Positions 46,852 to 60,078 of a stretch of 64,000 nucleotides of DNA are shown piece by piece. Within the stretch, counting starts at the first letter, position 1. Each line of letters starts with the position of its first letter. The stretch is from contig JACKFJ010000002.1 of assembly GCA_020632535.1 (NCBI GenBank), forward strand, positions 190,331 through 254,330, in the 5' to 3' direction. A program made the translations under genes and the position numbers. Origin of the DNA: Candidatus Omnitrophota bacterium. GTDB taxonomy: Bacteria; Omnitrophota; Gorgyraeia; Zapsychrales; JANLHA01. Under the pieces are notes generated by a model. It made no database searches and had not been told where the DNA came from. It worked only from the letters and a program-made list of their open reading frames with translations.

Positions 46852-47643
46852 TTATTGTTGCTGTCCGCCTTTAAAAATTTCAATATACGGCTTTGCTTCT
46901 TCTTTCTTTTCGGTTTCTGGTCTTAATTTTGACTGTGCTATCGGTGTCGCGATTTCAGTTTTTTGCTTATCAAAAACATATTCCGCAAGATTCTGCCAAT
47001 CTGCTTTTCTCAATTCTTCGATCGTAGTTTCCGACGGTGCACGCAATACCATTTGCAATTGACCATTTTTTTCCATAAACGACATCAACCCCGATTCTTC
47101 AGGCGATAAAGCAAAAGTAATATTTAAAGCCCCTGCCGCCTGTTGCTGTTCATAGCCGCCAGTAGCTTGCAAATTCGTCCCTACGGCCAACACCTTTACA
47201 TTTTGGAAAACAATGCTCGTAATACGTTCTGTTTTCTGTGAAACCGGATCCGGCATATTCATGTGAGCCAGAATATCCACAAAATCTCCCGGATTAATCA
47301 TACCACCGACGGCAGAAAGCGGATCAATTCGCACAGTATAAGCACGTTTTCCAGCTGGAGTCATTAAAGACAATGTGGATTTCGGAAGAGCGCCCCCACC
47401 CGATTCCCCACCGCCCGGTCCAGCGGCAACGGGACGACTCGCCAACACCTTGATCTGATCACGCATCGCTGCGATTTCCTGAGCCAAAGGCTTGACCTTT
47501 TTGTCTTCAATTTCCTTGGTCATACGCTTTGTTTCATCCGTAATTGTATTTTGAATATACTGCCCCGTCGCGACCGCGGCGACAAGTCCCAACCCGACAG
47601 CAAAAAGAATAATGACCAGCTGTTTTTTATTTTCGACATTCAT
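46852..47643 (-). CDS. cpaB: Flp pilus assembly protein CpaB/RcpC (263 aa)
   Basis: The protein has an N-terminal TM segment (LVIILFAVGLGLVAAVATG). The C-terminal part, GDFVDILAHMN...VFQNVKVLAVGTNL...ITFALSPEESGLMSFMEKNGQLQMVLR, is typical of CpaB. The gene lies directly upstream of the secretin. Confidence 0.7.
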   Translation of the reverse strand: MNVENKKQLVIILFAVGLGLVAAVATGQYIQNTITDETKRMTKEIEDKKVKPLAQEIAAMRDQIKVLASRPVAAGPGGGESGGGALPKSTLSLMTPAGKRAYTVRIDPLSAVGGMINPGDFVDILAHMNMPDPVSQKTERITSIVFQNVKVLAVGTNLQATGGYEQQQAAGALNITFALSPEESGLMSFMEKNGQLQMVLRAPSETTIEELRKADWQNLAEYVFDKQKTEIATPIAQSKLRPETEKKEEAKPYIEIFKGGQQQ

Positions 47644-47646
47644 TGC

Positions 47647-48645
47647 TTATTTAGCCTCCAATAATTTGAGGTTGGTCTGCACCGGAATCGCGGTCTGCAA
47701 TTGCTGCAAACCTTGCAAATATTTTAAATAGCTCAAATCCGCCTTGATGCCTTCTTTAACTTCTTCAAGAGTTCTTTCAACACCACCTTTTTTTTCCTCA
47801 ATCTTTACAATATAAAATCCATCTGGACCCTTAAAAACCGTACTAAACTTTCCCTGATCCAAAGCATTGATAACATCTTTGAGTTTTTGAAAAGCCAACT
47901 GATCTTCAGAAATGAATTTCCCGTCGGACTTGATCTTGGATTGAGCATTAACAATTTCGGCAAAATTCGCACCTTGAGCCAATTGAGTAAAAATTTCGTT
48001 CGCGGCTTCCTCAGTATCAACGACGATTTGACTCAATTTATATTCAGCAGGCTCATAATAAAATTGCTGATTCTGTTTATAAAAATCTTGAATCTCTTCT
48101 TCCGTAACGACAATGCCATCAACCATTTTAGTTTGAAGATTTTGTGAAAGAATCAATTTGCGGGCTTCCTCGATTTGTTTGGCAACCTTACTATCTTTAT
48201 CCATGCCTTGTCGCTGCGCTTCCTGAAAAAGAAGCTGTTGCTCGACGATCATTCCCAAAAGTCGTTCCGCCGGCAAGTCGTACTGCAATTTATTTTGACT
48301 GGCTAATTCCATAGCTGACTTTTCTTGTTCTTTAAATTCGTTAATCGTAATGGACCAATTTCCAACCTGAGCCAAAACATTGGCCGGAAGATCTGCGGGA
48401 GCAGGCGGCGTCTTTTTGGCAGCGACAGGTGTTTCGGATTTTGCCGCCACAGACCCCGATGATGTAGCAGCCATTGCCTTGACTTCTACCGGCGCAGGAG
48501 CAGATTTTGCAGGAGCCGATTTGTTAGCTGATTTTTTAGGAGAAAAATATTCAGTAAGTGTGGCAATTTGATCACAGCCACTAACCGAAAGGATCAAAGA
48601 GGTTCCGACGATAAAATAAAATATCTTGGCCTTAACAATATGCAC
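47647..48645 (-). CDS. Parvulin/SurA-like peptidyl-prolyl isomerase lipoprotein (332 aa, GTG start)
   Basis: A lipobox is present (LSVSGC). The C-terminal PpiC-like region reads YKLSQIVVDTEEAANEIFTQLAQGANFAEIV...FKGPDGFYIVKIEEKKG. AAGGAG lies 7 nt upstream of GTG 48645. Confidence 0.55.
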   Translation of the reverse strand: MHIVKAKIFYFIVGTSLILSVSGCDQIATLTEYFSPKKSANKSAPAKSAPAPVEVKAMAATSSGSVAAKSETPVAAKKTPPAPADLPANVLAQVGNWSITINEFKEQEKSAMELASQNKLQYDLPAERLLGMIVEQQLLFQEAQRQGMDKDSKVAKQIEEARKLILSQNLQTKMVDGIVVTEEEIQDFYKQNQQFYYEPAEYKLSQIVVDTEEAANEIFTQLAQGANFAEIVNAQSKIKSDGKFISEDQLAFQKLKDVINALDQGKFSTVFKGPDGFYIVKIEEKKGGVERTLEEVKEGIKADLSYLKYLQGLQQLQTAIPVQTNLKLLEAK

Positions 48646-48675
48646 GACGTGCTCCTTTCGTTAATATATAGAGTA

Positions 48676-48704
48676 AGTATAATGCTCGACTATCTTAAAA
48701 ACAA
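48676..48704 (-). promoter_or_regulatory. Candidate sigma70-like promoter for the Tad locus
   Basis: On the minus strand, TTGTTT (48704-48699) is followed by a 17-nt spacer and TATACT (48681-48676). It lies about 30 nt upstream of the PPIase-like start. Confidence 0.3.
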
Positions 48705-48734
48705 GAGAAAATGCTTATTAAAAAGCCTACTTTT

Positions 48735-49718
48735 TTATTTCAAAAGCTCTTTAACTGCGTCTTTTTCTGCTAAAAGTTCTTTTTGCGTCAACGCGATCTT
48801 TTCCTGACTAAAAGCACCGTGCGAAAGACCGGTAACAATTTTCCATTCTGTTCCGTCGGTCACTACAGGAAAACTAAAAATCAATCCCTTTTCAACTCCA
48901 TAACTTCCGTCTGAACAAACAGCAACGGAAAAAAATTCCCCTGAAGGCGTCGGCGAAATCAAATTCTTTACGGTATCAATAACGGCATTTGCCGCGGAAG
49001 CGGCCGACGAAAGACCCCGTGCTTTAATGATGGCCGCACCGCGTTGTTGAATAATTTCCAAAAAATCTTTTTGCAGCCAACCTTCATCATTAACAACTTG
49101 CGGCAAAGCTTTGCCGCTAACTTCAGCATTAAAAAAATCTGGATACATCGTTGCTGAATGATTCCCCCAAATCGCCAACTTCTTAATATCTTTGATGCGA
49201 ACTCCAGCTTTTTTAGCGATTTGCGTAACACTGCGATTTTGATCGAGCATTGTCATCGCAAAAAAATTCCGAGCCGGAATTTTACTTGCGCAGGATTTTG
49301 CAATAAAAGCATTGGTGTTGCATGGATTACCGACGACAAGAACGCGACACGACGGCTTTGCGTTCTCATCCAGAGCTTTGCCTTGAGCGGTAAAAATCTT
49401 ACCATTGATTTTAAGAAGTTCCGCACGCTCCATTCCCGCCTTGCGCGGAAAGCTCCCAACCAAAAGCGCCCAATCCACATCCTTAAACGCGACATTAGCA
49501 TCAGATGAAATCGTCACCGACTTTAAAAGTGGGAACGCGCAATCTTCGAGTTCCATCACAACGCCGGCAAGAGCCGGTAGCGCCGCATCAAGCTCCAACA
49601 AACTCAAATGAATTTCTGTATCTTTACCAAACATCTCTCCAGCAGCAATGCGAAATACAAGCGCGTAACCAATTTGCCCAGCCGCGCCGGTTATAGCAAC
49701 TTTAATAACTTTGGACAT
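48735..49718 (-). CDS. mdh: Malate dehydrogenase (327 aa)
   Basis: [27 protein letters not shown]...LLELD...[14 protein letters not shown] is the NAD-binding and signature region of the MDH family. The length is also typical. Confidence 0.85.
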   Translation of the reverse strand: MSKVIKVAITGAAGQIGYALVFRIAAGEMFGKDTEIHLSLLELDAALPALAGVVMELEDCAFPLLKSVTISSDANVAFKDVDWALLVGSFPRKAGMERAELLKINGKIFTAQGKALDENAKPSCRVLVVGNPCNTNAFIAKSCASKIPARNFFAMTMLDQNRSVTQIAKKAGVRIKDIKKLAIWGNHSATMYPDFFNAEVSGKALPQVVNDEGWLQKDFLEIIQQRGAAIIKARGLSSAASAANAVIDTVKNLISPTPSGEFFSVAVCSDGSYGVEKGLIFSFPVVTDGTEWKIVTGLSHGAFSQEKIALTQKELLAEKDAVKELLK

Positions 49719-49767
49719 GATAAAACCCCTTTCGAATTATAGATGTGAATAAATTTTCTGCGTTTTT

Positions 49768-50562
49768 TTACCGCAATATCATAGGCAGAATTGCGCGACT
49801 ATATTCCAAAGCTTCGCGCTGAACTTGCGCAAAAATAATTTCTTCCCGATCCGTTGAAGCGCGCGCCAAAATTCCACCCCATGGATCCACAATCATACTA
49901 TTACCAAAAGCTTCAACTCCCGTCGACGAAATCCCACACTGATTAGGAGCAACCACATAAGCAAGATTTTCAATCGCCCGCGCACGAACCAAAACTTCCC
50001 AATGAGCTTTGCCGGTTTCATACGTGAAATTAGATGGCACAGAAATAATTTCACATCCCTTTTTACCGTATTTACGATAAAGATCGGGGAAGCGCAAATC
50101 ATAACACACCGTCATGCCCATTCGCATCGGCCCTAACGGCGAAATCGTCGCAGATTTACCGGCGCTGAAATTTTGTGGTTCACGAATGACACGATCGACA
50201 ACAACGGCATCAAAGAGATTAATCTTTCGATAACGCGCCGAGACGCGACCATAGTCATTGATAACTACCGACGTGTTATAACACTTGTTTCTGTTAGGAA
50301 TTCTCTCGTAAATAGACCCGGCAACAATAAAAACACGATGTTTCTTAGCTAAGACCAGAAAGGGCTTAATTGACTCACCGGGAATTCGCTCGCTGATTTC
50401 TTTTAAAACACTTTTATCGAGGGGACCACGATAATTAAAAACCTCCGGCAAAAAAATCGCCTTACTTCCGCGCGCGATCGCTTCTTTAACAAAATGAACA
50501 GCTTTGGCAATATTTTTTTCTTTAAGTTCTCCAACGTTAAGCTGTATTGCCGCGATTTTCAT
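49768..50562 (-). CDS. Carbon-nitrogen hydrolase (nitrilase superfamily), 264 aa
   Basis: MKIAAIQLN...IFLPEVFNYRG...MGMTVCYDLRFPDLYR...VPSNFT follows the Glu-Lys-Cys CN-hydrolase pattern. Confidence 0.75.
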   Translation of the reverse strand: MKIAAIQLNVGELKEKNIAKAVHFVKEAIARGSKAIFLPEVFNYRGPLDKSVLKEISERIPGESIKPFLVLAKKHRVFIVAGSIYERIPNRNKCYNTSVVINDYGRVSARYRKINLFDAVVVDRVIREPQNFSAGKSATISPLGPMRMGMTVCYDLRFPDLYRKYGKKGCEIISVPSNFTYETGKAHWEVLVRARAIENLAYVVAPNQCGISSTGVEAFGNSMIVDPWGGILARASTDREEIIFAQVQREALEYSRAILPMILR

Positions 50563-50568
50563 AATTTT

Positions 50569-51216
50569 TTAAGTCTTAGCTGTCTCTTTTAAAGATTCAC
50601 CGTATTCCTTATAACATTTGGTATAAAAATCTTGTTTGCGTAAATTTTCGCGCCACTTTTTAAGACAGGGGTAAACATTAAGATCAACATTTGTAATTTC
50701 GGCAGGATCAAGCGTGGCCAAAAGCGTCATATCAGCAAGTGTTATTACCTTACCAGCAACATATGATGTCTGAGATAATTTTTTTTCAACAATCGGCAAA
50801 AACCGGCCCAAAAATCCAATTCCCTCTTCTAGGGCACGCTCATCTATAACAATTTTCCGACGAGGAGCAAAAAGACGATTAAAAACAACTTTTTGCATAG
50901 CACCACCAACGTGCAAAGTTAGAAAATCCATTTCCTGATCCACAAGCGCTCGTTCTTTAAGACCCTTGGGATATAGCGATGATCCAACCTTATCAGCAAA
51001 ATACCGAATAATCGCGCCACTTTCAGAAAGAATAAATCCATCGTCATTAATGGCGGGGACTTTTCCGACGGGATTGATGTTTAAAAACTCCGGCTTTCTT
51101 TGTTCGCCGGCACCAAGATCAATTTTCTTATATTCATATTGCAAACCCAAATAATTGGCCACAAAGCGCACTTTGTTAGCTGGACTTGATAAATCCGAAC
51201 CGTAAATTATTAACAT
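50569..51216 (-). CDS. Glutathione S-transferase family protein (215 aa)
   Basis: SSPANKVRFVANYLGLQYEYKKIDLGAGEQRKPEFLNINPVGKVPAINDDGFILSESGAIIRYF matches the GST N-terminal thioredoxin-like domain. Confidence 0.75.
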   Translation of the reverse strand: MLIIYGSDLSSPANKVRFVANYLGLQYEYKKIDLGAGEQRKPEFLNINPVGKVPAINDDGFILSESGAIIRYFADKVGSSLYPKGLKERALVDQEMDFLTLHVGGAMQKVVFNRLFAPRRKIVIDERALEEGIGFLGRFLPIVEKKLSQTSYVAGKVITLADMTLLATLDPAEITNVDLNVYPCLKKWRENLRKQDFYTKCYKEYGESLKETAKT

Positions 51217-51318
51217 GCTGCCTCGCTTTTTTAAAATTGATTAATTATTTTAACTAACTACAAAGAAAATGCAAAGGTCTTTTGATGAAGATGTGGGCTA
51301 AAAAGAATTGAGTAAAAA

Positions 51319-51392
51319 GCGACCCCAGCGGGATTTGAACCCGCGCTGCAAGCTTGAAAAGCTTGTGTCCTGACCAGGCTAGACGATGGGGT
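51319..51392 (-). tRNA. tRNA-Glu (anticodon UUC)
   Basis: The minus strand reads GACCCCATCGTCTAGCCTGGTCAGGACACAAGCTTTTCAAGCTTGCAGCGCGGGTTCAAATCCCGCTGGGGTCG. The acceptor stem is GACCCCA/TGGGGTC. The anticodon stem is CAAGC/GCTTG with loop TTTTCAA, giving anticodon TTC. The T arm is GCGGG-TTCAAAT-CCCGC. No CCA end is encoded. Confidence 0.9.
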
Positions 51393-51536
51393 CAATAAAA
51401 TTTGTCAAATTTTACTTTCGCACTTTTTCCATAAAATGGAACGCACTGACCGGTGCTGGCGAAGGGTCAAATAAACGAAGAAAAGCTATTATATGAAAGA
51501 ATCCGTTTCGGTCAAGTATTTAATATCGCCGAACAC

Positions 51537-54023
51537 TTATGCCGCTACTTCGCCCGCCTCATCACCGGCCTCTTCATCTTTGGCGACAACGTTGGCAACC
51601 GAACTCACCTCGTCTCCCTTATCGAGAGAAATAAGCCTTACGCCCTGTGTGCTGCGACCTGATTCACGAATATCTTTGGTTGGACAACGTACCACCATGC
51701 CCTGTTTCGTAACAGCCATAATTTCGTCTTCTAATAATGCAGTTAAAACTCCGACGACATGGCCATTCTTAGGCATACACTTAATATTAATAATCCCTTT
51801 TCCACCGCGTGATTGCGTTCGATAATCATTAAAATCTGAACGCTTGGTATAGCCTAAAGATGTAACCGTTAAAAGAGTACTTCCGGTTTTAGCAATGTCT
51901 GTTGGAAAAACACGCATGCTGACAACACGATCATCCTTAGAAAGAGTAATGCCGCGCACACCACGAGCTCCGCGACCAAGATCGCGAATTTGCTTTTCGG
52001 AAAAACGTAAAGATTTGCCGAGCTTTGTCGCCAAAAGAACATCGGACTTACCATTACTCAATGACGTTCCGATCAGCTCATCACCCTTATCGAGCGTAAT
52101 TCCAACTATTCCGCCTTTTCGCGGATTACTGAAAGCAGAAAGTTTCGTTTTCTTCACGTTGCCGTGCGCCGTAGCCATAACCAAACTCTGATCTTCAGAA
52201 AACTCCTTGACGCTAACAATCGCGCTAATTTGCTCGCCGGGCTTAAATGACAAAAGATTGACAATGGCTTTTCCTTTAGCCCCACGAGCCGCGACTGGAA
52301 TCTCGTAGACCTTCAACCATCGTACAACACCCTGATTAGAAAAAATCAAAAGATAATCCTTGGATGACGCAACAAAAAGCATTTTGACAAAATCTTCATC
52401 CTTTGTCGTCATTGCCGTCACACCTTTACCACCGCGCTTTTGCTTACGATACGCGCTTACCGCAAGACGCTTAATATAGCCTGTATTGCTGATTGTAATC
52501 GCCATTTCTTCCTCAGCAATCAAATCCTCAATTTCAATATCTTCAGGTTTCGCGGTAATCTCTGTACGGCGTTCATTATGATATTTCTTTCGAATTTCTG
52601 TTAATTCCGCTTTTATAATATCGTCGACCATTTTATTTGATGCTAAAATGGCACGATAACGATCAATGTCTTTTAGTAAAGATTGATACTCTTCTTCGAT
52701 TTTATCGCGTTCCAAGCCGGTTAGGCGCTGCAACTGCATTTCCAAAATTGCTTGCGCTTGGATTTCAGTCAAATCAAACTTCTTCATCAAATTAAGTTTG
52801 GCTTCGACGCTGCTCTTAGAACCGCGAATCGTTTTAATAATTGCGTCGATCTCATCAATGGCAATTCGCAAACCTTCCAAAATATGAGCGCGACGAAGAG
52901 CGCGGTCTAATTCAAATTGCGTTCTGCGACGAATCACAATACGTCGATGATCAATAAATTCACTCATCAATTGTTTTAAATTCAAAACACGCGGGCTATT
53001 ATTAACAAGCGCTAAATTGATAATTCCAAACGTTGTTTCAAGTTGCGTGTGCTTATAAAGGTAATTAAGAACAATGTCCGGCTGAACATCGCGGCGCAAT
53101 TCTATAACAACACGAATTCCATCTTTATCAGATTCATCACGAATATCCGTTATACCATCGACGGATTTATTTTGTACAAGGTCGGCAATATTGGTAATCA
53201 GGTTTGCCTTATTCACTTGGTAAGGAAGTTCCGTAATAATAATAGAGTCCTTATTCCCTTTTTGCTGACGCTCAATGGACGCGCGCGCGCGAATTAAAAC
53301 TTTTCCGCGACCTGTTTCATAAGCAGATTTGAACCCGTCGCGGCCACAAATAATCGCTCCCGTTGGAAAATCAGGGCCCTTAACAAATTTGGTAAGATCT
53401 TTAATCGTAGCTTCGCTATTATCAATCAAATGCATAACACCATCAATGACTTCACCTAGATTATGAGGTGGCATATTCGTCGCCATCCCAACAGCAATCC
53501 CGCTGGAACCATTAACCAAAAGATTTGGAAAAGCGGCCGGTAAAAGCGCTGGCTCTTGCAAACTGGCGTCGAAATTGGGAACAAAATCAACAGTGTTTTT
53601 CTCAATATCTGCCAAAAGCGGATCAGCAATTGCCGACAAACGAGCTTCCGTATAACGCATTGCTGCCGCAGCATCACCGTCGATCGAACCAAAATTTCCT
53701 TGACCATCGACTAAAGGAAATCGAAGGGAAAACTCTTGAACCATGCGAACCATCGTGTCATAAACGGCCGTGTCACCATGTGGATGATATTTACCTAAAA
53801 CCTCACCAACAATACGAGCGCTTTTTTTGTATGCTTTGGGATATTCCAAATTGAGCTCTTTCATCGCATAAAGAATACGACGATGAACAGGTTTTAAACC
53901 ATCGCGGGCGTCGGGAAGAGCGCGACCAACAATAACGCTCATAGAATACGCCAAATACGAGCGCTTCATTTCTTCTTCAATAAAAACAGGAATTATTTTT
54001 TCTTGTGTCGACGATGTTTCCAT
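51537..54023 (-). CDS. gyrA: DNA gyrase subunit A (828 aa)
   Basis: [33 protein letters not shown]...[11 protein letters not shown] is the canonical GyrA N-terminus. A full-length beta-pinwheel C-terminal domain follows. Confidence 0.97.
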   Translation of the reverse strand: METSSTQEKIIPVFIEEEMKRSYLAYSMSVIVGRALPDARDGLKPVHRRILYAMKELNLEYPKAYKKSARIVGEVLGKYHPHGDTAVYDTMVRMVQEFSLRFPLVDGQGNFGSIDGDAAAAMRYTEARLSAIADPLLADIEKNTVDFVPNFDASLQEPALLPAAFPNLLVNGSSGIAVGMATNMPPHNLGEVIDGVMHLIDNSEATIKDLTKFVKGPDFPTGAIICGRDGFKSAYETGRGKVLIRARASIERQQKGNKDSIIITELPYQVNKANLITNIADLVQNKSVDGITDIRDESDKDGIRVVIELRRDVQPDIVLNYLYKHTQLETTFGIINLALVNNSPRVLNLKQLMSEFIDHRRIVIRRRTQFELDRALRRAHILEGLRIAIDEIDAIIKTIRGSKSSVEAKLNLMKKFDLTEIQAQAILEMQLQRLTGLERDKIEEEYQSLLKDIDRYRAILASNKMVDDIIKAELTEIRKKYHNERRTEITAKPEDIEIEDLIAEEEMAITISNTGYIKRLAVSAYRKQKRGGKGVTAMTTKDEDFVKMLFVASSKDYLLIFSNQGVVRWLKVYEIPVAARGAKGKAIVNLLSFKPGEQISAIVSVKEFSEDQSLVMATAHGNVKKTKLSAFSNPRKGGIVGITLDKGDELIGTSLSNGKSDVLLATKLGKSLRFSEKQIRDLGRGARGVRGITLSKDDRVVSMRVFPTDIAKTGSTLLTVTSLGYTKRSDFNDYRTQSRGGKGIINIKCMPKNGHVVGVLTALLEDEIMAVTKQGMVVRCPTKDIRESGRSTQGVRLISLDKGDEVSSVANVVAKDEEAGDEAGEVAA

Positions 54024-54067
54024 AAAAAATACTTACCCTTTCATAAATTATGACGTAATACGAATAC

Positions 54068-56829
<2,762 letters not shown>

Positions 56830-57918
56830 TTAAATCCTCATCGGCAAAACGAGATACAAATAATCACCCAAACGAATAACCCCCGCCTTGTCTGGGCCAG
56901 ACAATTCGAGTTCAACGCTTTCCGCGCTAATGTTTTTTAACATGTCAATCAAGTATTGTGGATTAAACCCAACAATCATTTCCTTTCCACCGTATTCAGC
57001 GGCAATTTCTTCGCGAGATTCACCCACATCAGGCGTAGTTTTAGAAATAACCAATTTGTCGGTAAAAACTTCAAATTTAATGGCCTGAAAATCTGGCGTC
57101 GAAAGCAAATTTGCTCGACGAATCGCGCTTAAAAACGCGGCCGTGTTGATTTTAATTTTTGGCGTAACCGGTTTGGGAATAACCTGACTATAATTAGGAA
57201 ACTCTCCCTCAATAATACGACTAGCGATCAACGTGCTGTTTACATCAAACAAAACTTGATTGGTTCCGGTAATAAAAGAAATACTGCCTTCATCGGTTAA
57301 ATTGCGAAAAATTTCCTGAATCGCTTTCAAGGGAATAATTACCGCAACGTCTTTCTTAAGGGCGCTTTCTAATTTGCGTTCAATTTTTGCGAGACGCCGT
57401 CCATCTGTTGCAACCATTCGAATCGTATCGCCGTTAATTTCCAGCAAAATCCCATTTAGGACATACCGCGACTCTTCATGTGAAACCGCAAAAGATGTCA
57501 GACGAATCATTTCTTTAAAAATGCTTTGTCCAATTTTAATCACTTCTTTATCTTTAAACTCTGGAAATTTTGGAAACTCTTCTTTTGGTAGCCCAGAAAG
57601 TTTAAAGCGACACTTGTTTCCCTCAATATCTACCTGATTATTTTTCTTGGTACTGATAATGATTTCCCCAGACGGTAACTCTCTCACAATATCGCTAAAA
57701 CGTTTAGCAGGAATGGTTATCGCACCTTCTTCAACGGTTTCCACAGGTATTTCACAGGATATCCCGATGTCCAAATCAGTTGTATTTAGGTTCACCTTGT
57801 TCCCTCGCGTCTCTAACAACATATTGGATAAAATTGGTAATGTCGCTTTTGAAGACACAATATTCTGTACAATCTGTATGCCGGCGACCATCTGCTCTTT
57901 CTCAAGTTTTATTTTCAT
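56830..57918 (-). CDS. dnaN: DNA polymerase III beta sliding clamp (362 aa)
   Basis: The length fits, the gene lies downstream of dnaA, and it has the typical start MKIKLEKEQMVAGIQIVQNIVSSKATLPILSNMLLE and end ...LVLPMRI. Confidence 0.95.
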   Translation of the reverse strand: MKIKLEKEQMVAGIQIVQNIVSSKATLPILSNMLLETRGNKVNLNTTDLDIGISCEIPVETVEEGAITIPAKRFSDIVRELPSGEIIISTKKNNQVDIEGNKCRFKLSGLPKEEFPKFPEFKDKEVIKIGQSIFKEMIRLTSFAVSHEESRYVLNGILLEINGDTIRMVATDGRRLAKIERKLESALKKDVAVIIPLKAIQEIFRNLTDEGSISFITGTNQVLFDVNSTLIASRIIEGEFPNYSQVIPKPVTPKIKINTAAFLSAIRRANLLSTPDFQAIKFEVFTDKLVISKTTPDVGESREEIAAEYGGKEMIVGFNPQYLIDMLKNISAESVELELSGPDKAGVIRLGDYLYLVLPMRI

Positions 57919-58087
57919 TTATCCCTCACTTTAGTTTTCCCTACTACTGCTATTTTTATTAAAAATAACCTTTTAAAAGCAGTAACAGTAATAATAGGAT
58001 ATGTGTATAAGTTGAATAAAGCTTAAAATTGCTCTAAACAATAGGTTTATATCAAAACAGCCTGTTAATATCTCTTTAACAATCGTT

Positions 58088-59425
58088 TTATTGCTTAAGA
58101 TTACTTGTTAATTTTTCGATTGTATTTTTTAAATCCCGATCCGTCAATACTTCTTGTTCGATTTTTTTACAAGAATGCAAAACAGTTGTGTGATCTTTTC
58201 CACCAAAAGCTTGTCCAATTTCAGGTAAAGATAATTTTGTCATCTGCCTAGCTAAGTGCATTGCTAATTGCCGAGGAACCAAAATATTCTTATTTCTCTT
58301 TTTGGCTTTAAGCTCGGAAACCGACATATTGTAATAATCAGCCACTTCCTTTTGAATCATTTCCACACTAATAATTTTTACTGTTTCTTTAACCATATCT
58401 TTTAAAATCACTTTAGCCATTTCTAAACTAATTGGTTTTTCTTCTAATAAGGAATATGCCACAACACGAATTAAAGCTCCTTCTAATTCTCGAATATTGG
58501 TTTTGATTTGCTCAGCAATAAAGAAAATAACATTATCTGGAACTTCTACAGGTTCACGTTCAATTTTTTTCTTTAAAATAGCAACACGTGTTTCATAATT
58601 TGGCGGTTGAATGTCTGTAATTAGTCCCCACGCAAAACGTGAACTTAATCGCTCTTCTAAATTTGAAATTTCTTTTGGTGGCCTATCCGACGAGATAATG
58701 ATTTGTTTGCGATTATTATGAAGCGCGTTAAAGGTATGAAAAAATTCTTCCTGCGTAGATTCTTTTCCAGCAATAAAGTGAATATCATCAATTAAAAGAA
58801 TATCAATACTACGATATTTTTGTCTAAACTGTGGTGTAGAGCGGTGACGTATAGCATCAATCAATTCATTAGTAAATTTTTCAGAAGAAATATAGCAAAT
58901 ACTTAAGTTTGGATAAAGCTTTCGAATTTGTTGAGTAATCGCTTGCATCAAATGGGTCTTCCCTAGCCCAACATGTCCATATATAAAGAGAGGGTTATAA
59001 GCTTTAGCGGGAGATTCGGCGACCGCCATAGCAGCCGCGTACGCGAAACGGTTTGATGGACCGATTACAAAATTATCGAAAGAAAAACGAGGATTAATAT
59101 TAATATCGTCCCTTTTTTCTTCAATAAATGCTGCGTCGCTTTTATGAATACGATTTGTTGGTGGTAGTTCTTTGTCGCGGCCGGTATTGACTGAAAACTC
59201 AACGGCAATATTTTGATCGGAAGCCGTAGCCAGTTTTTCATTGATGGTTTTAAGGTAATGTTCGACAATCCAATTGCGGAAGAATTCATCTGGTGTTTCG
59301 AGAAGAATCGTTGCGGGATCTTTTTCGGTGGCGCGCAGCTGCGAAAACCACGTTTCGTACGAAGTTTCTCCGATTATTTCTTTGATCGGTCCCTGCGCTT
59401 TTTCCCAAATACTTAAAACACTCAT
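58088..59425 (-). CDS. dnaA: Chromosomal replication initiator DnaA
   Basis: NPLFIYGHVGLGKTHLMQAI (Walker A), LLIDDIHFIAGKESTQEEFFHTFN, and the domain IV motif VPRQLAMHLARQMT...LPEIGQAFGGKDHTTVLH are all present. The track ORF starts at a TTG (59446). ATG 59425 (MSVLSIWEKAQ...) is the more likely start. Confidence 0.95.
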   Translation of the reverse strand: MSVLSIWEKAQGPIKEIIGETSYETWFSQLRATEKDPATILLETPDEFFRNWIVEHYLKTINEKLATASDQNIAVEFSVNTGRDKELPPTNRIHKSDAAFIEEKRDDININPRFSFDNFVIGPSNRFAYAAAMAVAESPAKAYNPLFIYGHVGLGKTHLMQAITQQIRKLYPNLSICYISSEKFTNELIDAIRHRSTPQFRQKYRSIDILLIDDIHFIAGKESTQEEFFHTFNALHNNRKQIIISSDRPPKEISNLEERLSSRFAWGLITDIQPPNYETRVAILKKKIEREPVEVPDNVIFFIAEQIKTNIRELEGALIRVVAYSLLEEKPISLEMAKVILKDMVKETVKIISVEMIQKEVADYYNMSVSELKAKKRNKNILVPRQLAMHLARQMTKLSLPEIGQAFGGKDHTTVLHSCKKIEQEVLTDRDLKNTIEKLTSNLKQ

Positions 59426-59446
59426 ACGCAATCTATCAATAGCCAA

Positions 59447-59823
59447 CTGTTGAGAAATGGATTAATTCAAGAACAATACACAAAAAAGATGTTTTATAAA
59501 TTACTACACCACAAACACTTACGGAATATTAGATGTGTTATTAACAGGTTTTTAACAATTGTTAATAATTTAAATGTGTCATTTTGTCGACGTAAAAAGT
59601 TACTAATGCTTAATTCCTCCGACGACAAAAATTTATTCTCAAAAAGCGTGTTCATTATAGCAAACAAAATTTTTAATGCAAATTAATTTTGAATGATCGG
59701 GCGATTAATAACGATATTTTAAACTTATTGGGACAGCGTAGGACAATGAAGTCGCTTTTTGAGGAATTTTTTCATAACGTATTGAAACTAATATTTTTTC
59801 CGCTCTTCTTTAATCAAAAATTC
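59447..59823. other. AT-rich dnaA-rpmH intergenic region; a candidate oriC by synteny
   Basis: The position between divergent dnaA and rpmH is a common oriC location. I could find only degenerate DnaA-box-like 9-mers here. One good box, TGTGTATAA (TTATACACA), lies at 58002-58010 in the dnaN-dnaA spacer. Confidence 0.3.
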
Positions 59824-59851
59824 TTGACTAGAAAACGACCTGTGTTATAAT
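59824..59851 (+). promoter_or_regulatory. Sigma70-type promoter of the rpmH operon
   Basis: TTGACT (59824-59829) is followed by a 16-nt spacer and TATAAT (59846-59851), preceded by TGTGT (extended -10 like). It lies about 90 nt upstream of rpmH. Confidence 0.6.
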
Positions 59852-59940
59852 CCTCGAATTATGTACCGGTTTTTTACTATTATCAGTAGAAAGCTTGTGC
59901 TCCCGTAATTTTATTTATTAATCAATGAAGGAAAGTTATC

Positions 59941-60078
59941 ATGAAAAAGCATCTTAAGACGCCAACTAATATTAAGTCCAAAAGACGCCACGGTTTCCGT
60001 CGGAGAATGGCTACAGCTGACGGACAGGATATTCTTAACAGTCGACGCGCCAAGGGCCGTAAGAGATTATCGGTTTAA
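59941..60078 (+). CDS. rpmH: 50S ribosomal protein L34 (45 aa); not in the ORF track
   Basis: Hand translation gives [54 protein letters not shown] lies upstream. Confidence 0.95.
   Translation: MKKHLKTPTNIKSKRRHGFRRRMATADGQDILNSRRAKGRKRLSV

Noticed and set aside
48676-48683. A perfect TATAAT on the plus strand (48678-48683) in the mdh/Tad spacer
   Set aside because: There is no plus-strand gene downstream, since mdh is on the minus strand. The overlapping minus-strand TTGTTT-17-TATACT arrangement fits the Tad operon better.
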